A program made the translations under genes and the position numbers. 14,774 bases of DNA from Fusobacteriota bacterium (GTDB taxonomy: Bacteria > Fusobacteriota > Fusobacteriia > Fusobacteriales > JBNJFI01): the NCBI GenBank assembly GCA_051746725.1, contig JBNJFI010000052.1:1-14774 (forward strand). Reading direction: 5' to 3'. Of this stretch, positions 8,999 through 14,774 are shown in pieces (the stretch's first letter is position 1; the number at the start of each line of letters is the position of its first letter). The notes beneath the pieces were generated by a model. The model searched no databases and was not told the origin of the DNA. It worked only from the letters and a program-made list of their open reading frames with translations.

Positions 8999-10021
8999 CT
9001 AGAAATTGATTCCCACACCTACATCATATCCAATTATATCTTTTTTGAAATCATTATATATCCCAAACTCCAATAATAAATAATCCAAATTATTTATTAT
9101 TAATTTTAAATTCCCTTTATTTTCACTTTCTAAATTATAATACTGTCTATATTGTAACCATTCTTTATATTTTAATTCTGACATATAAGTTGTATTTATT
9201 TCAGTATCACTTTTCAGTTCATCTTTAATATAATTAAGTGTGACTTTCTGTGTGAAATTTAACTTTAAGGTATTCATTTGAAAACTTTTTTGAACCACTG
9301 AAGATAATTTGTACGAATTATTATACTGGGTATATGACCCTCCTAATAATATCCACTTAAAATCTAAATCATCTCCTATGAAAAAGTTTTCGATTGTGCT
9401 ATTTCCAAAAAAGATTCTATGGGAATTTCTATGGGAATTATAATAAATTTCTCCCTGATTTCTAATTCTGTCTGTATCCCTTTTTTGAGTCATATTCCAC
9501 TCTCTTGATAATACAAAGGTTAATTTATCGTCTTTTTTGTAACTCAAATATAGCTGTGGAACTTCTTCTTCTAGATCTCCAGTAATATCTGCTGAGTAAA
9601 TATATTTTATTTGAAATTTATCTTTTTTGGAATCATAATCTTCGATAAATTCTTCTGCCTGTTTACCTATATTTACTCCTTGCTTTTTTAATTTTATATA
9701 TTTTTTATAGGCCTTGTTTTCATCACCTTTCCATAAATATATTTTAGCTAATTCCATATCTCGAATCTCCATATTTAGGACATATTTTTTTAATATCTCA
9801 ATTGATTCTTCATATTTTTCCTGCCAAGCTAACATATTAGAATAAGATATGGCTATCTCTTGAGATTGAAATTCATTTAATAAATCTTTATAAAGCTCTT
9901 GAGCTTCTGAGTATTTTTTGTCCCAACTCAATTCACGCGCTTTTTTGAAATCGTTTTCATAATCTAACCCAAAAACATTAAAGCTAAGAATTATAAACAC
10001 TAGTATAATTTTCTTTTCCAT
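8999..10021 (-). CDS. Exported TPR protein with putative C-terminal outer-membrane beta-barrel (YaiO / mini-PgaA-like architecture; 340 aa, start revised to ATG 10021)
   Basis: Signal peptide MEKKIILVFIILSFNVFG, then three TPR-like helical repeats with Trp at 33, 66 and 97 (ARELSWDKKYSEAQELY, SNMLAWQEKYEESIEIL, LAKIYLWKGDENKAYKKY). The C-terminal ~200 aa are rich in alternating aromatic strands and end YDVGVGINF, a beta-signal-like terminus with terminal Phe. AGGAGG precedes ATG 10021. The family assignment is inference. Confidence 0.65.
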   Translation of the reverse strand: MEKKIILVFIILSFNVFGLDYENDFKKARELSWDKKYSEAQELYKDLLNEFQSQEIAISYSNMLAWQEKYEESIEILKKYVLNMEIRDMELAKIYLWKGDENKAYKKYIKLKKQGVNIGKQAEEFIEDYDSKKDKFQIKYIYSADITGDLEEEVPQLYLSYKKDDKLTFVLSREWNMTQKRDTDRIRNQGEIYYNSHRNSHRIFFGNSTIENFFIGDDLDFKWILLGGSYTQYNNSYKLSSVVQKSFQMNTLKLNFTQKVTLNYIKDELKSDTEINTTYMSELKYKEWLQYRQYYNLESENKGNLKLIINNLDYLLLEFGIYNDFKKDIIGYDVGVGINF

Positions 10022-10053
10022 TATTCCTCCTAAATTATAGGTCAATAATTAAT

Positions 10054-11205
10054 TTACCTTTTAATGGGAAGGTAAAAGGTAAATGTTGAACCTTCGCCAA
10101 ATTTACTTGAAACCTTTATCTTTCCATGATGAACCTCAATTATTTTCTTTACAATCGCCAAACCTAATCCTGTACTTGTTTCGCCATCTGTGGCTTTAAC
10201 GCTAGTAGTTACAAATTTGTCAAATATTTTATTTACTTCATCTTCTGGAATACCTTGTCCTTGATCTTTTATTTTTGTAATTATATATTTTTTATTTTTC
10301 GTTATTTCGATAAAAATATTTTTATTCTTAAAAGAATATTTTATAGCATTGCTAAGTATATTGTTTATTACTTGTTCTATTTTTGATTTATCTATTTTAA
10401 TTTTTAAATCCTTTATATTGTTTTCTAAAAATATTTTTATATTTTTTTGTTTGGCTAATCTTCGATTTAATTTTATTACTTCTTCTACGAAATTATTATA
10501 TTTTATCTCTGTTAAATTCAAATCTACTATTCCTGATTCTATTTTATTTAAATCTAATATCTCTGATAAAAGCTCAATCAAAAAAGTGCTTCTCTTGTTA
10601 ACAGATTTTGTAAAGTCTAATACTTCTGGATCCATTGTATCAGCATGATCTTCTAAAATACATTCAGAATACATTTTAAGAACTGAAACAGGACTTCTCA
10701 GATCATGGGAAGCAATCGATAAAAGTTGATCTTTTTCCTTATTGATCTTTTCTAAATTCCGTTTTTGCTGTATTAAATCTGTTATATCATCAACTATTAT
10801 AACAACCATGTCTTCTCCTTCAAAGTGTATATAACGAGTTGAAAATTCATATATTCTTTTTTCATATCCACTATTAATATAAAATTTTCTTTCTAAAATT
10901 TGTTTTTTTACAAAAGATTTTTCATCGAATGTTTTAATTATTGCATTTCGAAATTTACAATTAGGACAATGCTCGGTTTCTCCACAATTCTTTCCTGTAT
11001 TGGCAACATAACCACACCCTATTGCATTTCCACAAAGTTCATCTAACATCTTTTCAGCTGGTTTATTAAACATTATTTTACATGAGTTATTTACACTATA
11101 GATTTTTATATCCTTATCTACAACAAATACCGCACTATTTATGTTTTCTAATAAAATATTCAAAAATTCATTTGAGTCTTTTAAATTGTTCACTCTAATA
11201 TCCAT
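10054..11205 (-). CDS. Cytoplasmic sensor histidine kinase with Cys-rich PAS-like domain
   Basis: 383 aa, no TM segment. PAS-like N-terminus (ILLENINSAVFVVDKDIKIYSVN...VIIVDDITD), H-box ASHDLRSP, N-box QVINNILSNAIKYS, G-boxes DQGQGIP and STGLGLAI. AAGGAG RBS. Confidence 0.93.
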   Translation of the reverse strand: MDIRVNNLKDSNEFLNILLENINSAVFVVDKDIKIYSVNNSCKIMFNKPAEKMLDELCGNAIGCGYVANTGKNCGETEHCPNCKFRNAIIKTFDEKSFVKKQILERKFYINSGYEKRIYEFSTRYIHFEGEDMVVIIVDDITDLIQQKRNLEKINKEKDQLLSIASHDLRSPVSVLKMYSECILEDHADTMDPEVLDFTKSVNKRSTFLIELLSEILDLNKIESGIVDLNLTEIKYNNFVEEVIKLNRRLAKQKNIKIFLENNIKDLKIKIDKSKIEQVINNILSNAIKYSFKNKNIFIEITKNKKYIITKIKDQGQGIPEDEVNKIFDKFVTTSVKATDGETSTGLGLAIVKKIIEVHHGKIKVSSKFGEGSTFTFYLPIKR

Positions 11206-11226
11206 TTTTTTCTCCTTTTTGAGGCT

Positions 11227-12630
11227 TTATTTGATCTCATTTCTTTTCATTTCTCCCCAAGTTTTGTCTTTTTTATAAAATTTAATAAACCCCATCAGCC
11301 TAAAAATAAGTGTTATTTGTCTATATCCAAAATTTTCCAAAAAAGATATTAAGATCATTTGAAAAATATCCTTTGATTTTTTATATCTTCTAAAGGTCAT
11401 AACTTCCAAGAATACTGCAAGCGATGATATTATTACTCCTAATAATACAGATACAATAAAAAATAGACCTAAAACTTTAAAATCAAGATATCCTCTAAAA
11501 TAAAAGTATGGTAAGAGTATATACCCTGATATTTCAATTATTGGAGAAAGCATTTCAAATATTAAATAATAGGGCAACCCTAAAATTCCTATGGAACCAT
11601 ATTTTTTATTAAATAACATATCTCTGCTTTGAAATAAGGTTTCAATTAAGCCTCTATGCCATCTTTCTCTTTGATTTTTAAGAGTCTTAAAATCTTCTGG
11701 AACCTGTGTCCAAGATAAGGGATCAGGTACAAATATTATCTTATAATCTAAATTATTTTCCCTGTAATACCTATGCAATCTTATTATAAGATCCATATCT
11801 TCACCTACTGTACTGACTTTAGTCTCATCTGAAGAGTATCCGCCTACTTTTCCAACAGCTTCTTTTTTGAAAAGTCCAAATGCTCCTGATATTATAGGAA
11901 GAGCATTTATTGTGGTCCACGCATATCTTCCAAAGAGAAAAGCTCTCAAATATTCTACAACTTGAAATTTAGCTAATATATTTTTAGGATAATTTATCTT
12001 CTTGATTTTGTTTCCAGATGTCTCACAGCCATTTATAACTCCAACTATTCCACCACTTGCTATTACCTTTTTTGGCTGATTTAATATTGGGACTGTAACC
12101 TTAAGATAAGAATCTGGTTCTAATATAGTATCTGCATCGATACTTCCAAAATAAGGATATCTCGATACATTAATCCCAGCATTTAAAGCATCTGCTTTAC
12201 CACCATTTTCTTTATCAACTATAAGAAGATTATCATAATCAACACTTTTATAAATATTTTTTATTTTTTTAGTTTTAATTATTTTTCTATACGGAAAATT
12301 ATCTATACCACAATTAAATTCCTTTAATACCTTTTTTAATGTATCATCTTTAGAGCCGTCATTTACAACAACTATCTCATAATTTGGATAGTTAAAATCG
12401 CTCAAAAAAGATTTTATGTTTTTTATTATAGTATCAGATTCATTATATGCTGGTACAATCAAAGATATTGGAGGTGTTAATTTTGATTGATATAGCATTA
12501 GGTAATTATTTAGTTTTAATCTATCTCTATAACTTTTTATTCCAAAATAAGATATAAAAAACAATAATAAATAACTCAAATTAAGTAATATGAAATAAGT
12601 TATTACAAATTTTGATATTAAATCAACCAT
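11227..12630 (-). CDS. Processive GT2 glycosyltransferase (IcaA/PgaC/CesA-like polysaccharide synthase)
   Basis: 467 aa. N-terminal TM, ISLIVPAYNE, VVNDGSKD, KENGGKADALNAG, SIDADT (DxD), ISGAFGLF, GEDMDL (catalytic base), QRERW (QxxRW), and several C-terminal TM helices. No PilZ extension. GGGAGG RBS. Confidence 0.93.
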   Translation of the reverse strand: MVDLISKFVITYFILLNLSYLLLFFISYFGIKSYRDRLKLNNYLMLYQSKLTPPISLIVPAYNESDTIIKNIKSFLSDFNYPNYEIVVVNDGSKDDTLKKVLKEFNCGIDNFPYRKIIKTKKIKNIYKSVDYDNLLIVDKENGGKADALNAGINVSRYPYFGSIDADTILEPDSYLKVTVPILNQPKKVIASGGIVGVINGCETSGNKIKKINYPKNILAKFQVVEYLRAFLFGRYAWTTINALPIISGAFGLFKKEAVGKVGGYSSDETKVSTVGEDMDLIIRLHRYYRENNLDYKIIFVPDPLSWTQVPEDFKTLKNQRERWHRGLIETLFQSRDMLFNKKYGSIGILGLPYYLIFEMLSPIIEISGYILLPYFYFRGYLDFKVLGLFFIVSVLLGVIISSLAVFLEVMTFRRYKKSKDIFQMILISFLENFGYRQITLIFRLMGFIKFYKKDKTWGEMKRNEIK

Positions 12631-12645
12631 TTTTCCTCCCTATCT

Positions 12646-14052
12646 TTAAGTTAAATTTTGATTTTCTCTTTTCTTTTTTGAAATCAAATCTTTAATTTCT
12701 TCTGATATATTCTGGTCATTTTTCAAAACATCTTCATAATATGAATAAAACTTATTACTGTTGACTTTTGAAATCAAATTTATTTTTTGTTCATTACTAA
12801 AATCAGGATTTGTCATTACTTCGTCTAAAATATTCATATTATTACCTTGATTTATAATAATTATAATCTCATTAATTATAATTTCAAGATTTCCTTCTAA
12901 TGCTAATCTTTTTATCATATTGGTATATATTTTATCAACTAACACATAAGCTGCAATCTCCTTTGCATATTGATCGTCTACAGTTGATTTCAAAGCAAAA
13001 AAGAGTGTGGATTTTCCTCTACTTCCAAATTTAGAAATTGCCAAGGCAGAATTATATCTAACCCACCAACTTTCATCAAATAATTTCATGTATATCATAT
13101 CCATATTTTTTTTAAAGTTCCCTAATCCTTTCACTGATTCAGATCTAATTACCCAATCTTCGGATTCGATCCCCTCTAAAAATAGATCATTACTACTTTC
13201 TAATCCCAAAACCGAAAGAGATTTTATTATTTTAATTAAATATTCTCGTTCTTCCTCCTCTTTTTCTTTATTAATATATTTATAGAACTCCGACTCTAAA
13301 AAATCAACTATTTTATATTCTCGATTTAACGAAATAATATATAAAATCTCGCCTTTTACTTCTAATCCCAATTTTTTTTCATATATTTGATCTAGAAAAT
13401 AATCTATTATTTCAAAATTATCAATGGCATATATAAAAAAGTTGTCAGTTTGATTAAGAAAATAATCCATTAATCTTTTAGTATTCCAATTTTGATATTC
13501 CTCCATAAATTTAGTTACTGTAATTAATCGGTCTATATAATCAAAAATAATATTTTTTTTCAAAGAAAATATCCATTCATCTATTATAACCACAAGGGCA
13601 AAAAAGTAACTGACTAATAGTTTGTCTTTTTTCAACTCTTCTAAATCTTCTTCTAAAAGATCACCTATATACTTATTACACCTTAATTCTCCTAAAACAT
13701 ATAGATAATACTCTTTTTTGTATTTTGATCTAGCTTTTTTATATTTATTATAAACATAATCAATTATTCCATTTTTTTTAATTGCTTTAATTAGTTTTCT
13801 ACGCATAGATCCAGATATTGAATTTATAATTTCTATCATACCATCTATTAATTCTTCATTAATCTCATTTTTTGAAAAAGTTATCTCTTGATCCAAAATC
13901 AACTTATCTAAAATATAATCAAGATCTCTTTTTCTTAAATTTTTCTTTTTTTTATCAATGACATTTGAATAAAAATGCTTGATAAAAATTATAGAAATCA
14001 ATATTCCTAGAAGGACTAGGAAAAAATTTATTATATTTGCAAAAAAGTCCAT
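12646..14052 (-). CDS. Membrane-anchored HEAT-repeat protein
   Basis: 468 aa. One N-terminal TM followed by a basic cluster (DKKKKNLRKR), suggesting a cytoplasmic body. HEAT/PBS-lyase-like repeats ESEDWVIRSESVKGLG, LFDESWWVRYNSALAISKFG and DDQYAKEIA. AAGGAG RBS. Confidence 0.8.
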   Translation of the reverse strand: MDFFANIINFFLVLLGILISIIFIKHFYSNVIDKKKKNLRKRDLDYILDKLILDQEITFSKNEINEELIDGMIEIINSISGSMRRKLIKAIKKNGIIDYVYNKYKKARSKYKKEYYLYVLGELRCNKYIGDLLEEDLEELKKDKLLVSYFFALVVIIDEWIFSLKKNIIFDYIDRLITVTKFMEEYQNWNTKRLMDYFLNQTDNFFIYAIDNFEIIDYFLDQIYEKKLGLEVKGEILYIISLNREYKIVDFLESEFYKYINKEKEEEEREYLIKIIKSLSVLGLESSNDLFLEGIESEDWVIRSESVKGLGNFKKNMDMIYMKLFDESWWVRYNSALAISKFGSRGKSTLFFALKSTVDDQYAKEIAAYVLVDKIYTNMIKRLALEGNLEIIINEIIIIINQGNNMNILDEVMTNPDFSNEQKINLISKVNSNKFYSYYEDVLKNDQNISEEIKDLISKKKRENQNLT

Positions 14053-14073
14053 ATTTGCTCCTTTAATATATTT

Positions 14074-14475
14074 TTATTCGTTATTTAAATATATATTTGC
14101 ATTATTTATTCTTTCCGAAAGCCTTTTTACAGTAAATTTTAATATGTTTGGATTTATAGGTTTCGACATATATAAATCAATTCCTAACTTATAAAATTCA
14201 GATATATAATTTTCATTAACTTCTGAAGTTATTAAAAGTATATATGTGAACATCTCTTTTTGTTCTTTTCTAATATGTTTTATTAAACTCTTTCCATCTC
14301 CATCGGGTAATTTTGTATCTAATAATATAATATCTACTTTCTCCCTATTTACTAAATCAATGGAGTCCTTTACCGATCTAGATATAAATATATTATATCC
14401 AGTATCTTCTGAAAATATATTTTTTAAAACCTTTAAATATATATATGAATCTTCAACTATAAGTATATTTTTCAA
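14074..14475 (-). CDS. Single-domain response regulator (stand-alone receiver)
   Basis: 133 aa, TTG start with GAGGAGG RBS. ILIVED acidic pocket, phosphoacceptor D53 (IILLDTKLPDGDG), LITS switch Thr and SKP Lys. No output domain. Confidence 0.93.
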   Translation of the reverse strand: MKNILIVEDSYIYLKVLKNIFSEDTGYNIFISRSVKDSIDLVNREKVDIILLDTKLPDGDGKSLIKHIRKEQKEMFTYILLITSEVNENYISEFYKLGIDLYMSKPINPNILKFTVKRLSERINNANIYLNNE

Positions 14476-14498
14476 AACAACCTCCTCATATAATATTT

Positions 14499-14774
14499 TT
14501 ATTCTTCAATTTGAAAATATTCCCACAAATAATATTTTTCTTTTATTTGGGACTTATCAATTTCCAAAATATGAAATTTATCTCCCTCTTCTAATTCTAC
14601 TATTACTTTATCATCTCTTTTAATTTTTTTATCTTTTATAACTTTAAACCCATATATAGAATAATATTTATGTTCATCCTTATATATTTCAGTAGTATCT
14701 TCTAAGTTTATCGAATCTTTTGAAATTAAATTTTTTATTTTATATAATTTCTGATTTTTTTCTATGATAATTCC
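14499..14774 (-). CDS. Partial CDS (C-terminal 91 aa, enters from right edge), hypothetical protein
   Basis: Not in the ORF track; translated by hand. Open frame from 14774 to TAA at 14501-14499: GIIIEKNQKLYKIKNLISKDSINLEDTTEIYKDEHKYYSIYGFKVIKDKKIKRDDKVIVELEEGDKFHILEIDKSQIKEKYYLWEYFQIEE. Composition matches neighbouring genes, and it ends 23 nt before the regulator start. Confidence 0.75.
   Translation of the reverse strand, partial: GIIIEKNQKLYKIKNLISKDSINLEDTTEIYKDEHKYYSIYGFKVIKDKKIKRDDKVIVELEEGDKFHILEIDKSQIKEKYYLWEYFQIEE

Noticed and set aside
10022..10045. TTG start at 10045 for the TPR/barrel gene
   Set aside because: This stretch contains the AGGAGG RBS for ATG 10021, which yields a normal signal peptide.
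11227..12630. Naming the GT2 pgaC, icaA or bcsA
   Set aside because: The motifs are shared across processive GT2 enzymes, and the cognate partners (PgaB/D, IcaB/C/D, BcsB, PilZ) are not seen, so a symbol is not justified.
2305..14623. Short plus-strand ORFs in the track (2305, 3852, 5821, 6902, 7245, 8645, 10349, 13007, 13979, 14246) and the nested minus ORF 7584-7781
   Set aside because: All overlap well-supported minus-strand genes. They have the F/I/L/S-rich or otherwise biased composition expected of shadow frames in AT-rich DNA and carry no recognisable motifs.
14476..14774. Long AT-rich promoter or regulatory region upstream of the response regulator
   Set aside because: It is occupied by an uninterrupted minus-strand reading frame ending at 14499.
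1..14774. CRISPR array, tRNA/rRNA, IS element, prophage or defence genes
   Set aside because: No regularly spaced repeats, structured RNA signatures, transposase/integrase or nuclease motifs were seen, and the intergenic gaps are short and accounted for.

Overview
AT-rich bacterial window in which every credible gene lies on the minus strand. The organism is probably a diderm: there is a predicted outer-membrane beta-barrel, and a Fusobacteriota-like anaerobe is my unverified guess. In transcription order (right to left) there are four units. (1) A tightly packed operon entering from the right edge: C-terminal fragment of an unknown gene, single-domain response regulator, membrane-anchored HEAT-repeat protein, processive GT2 polysaccharide synthase (IcaA/PgaC-like), soluble histidine kinase with a Cys-rich PAS domain, and a small TPR + beta-barrel outer-membrane protein. 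(2) A membrane hybrid histidine kinase (HAMP-HisKA-HATPase-REC-REC) with an orphan periplasmic binding protein, closed by a terminator. (3) A LacI repressor and a GH13 oligo-1,6-glucosidase, with a perfect sigma70 promoter, a palindromic operator candidate and a terminator. (4) tex, followed by the N-terminus of a membrane-anchored sensor-like gene running off the left edge. The best candidate for a poorly described system is unit 1: a synthase-dependent exopolysaccharide export module that appears to be wired to phosphorylation and possibly Fe-S/redox sensing rather than to c-di-GMP. I saw no RNA genes, CRISPR arrays or mobile elements.
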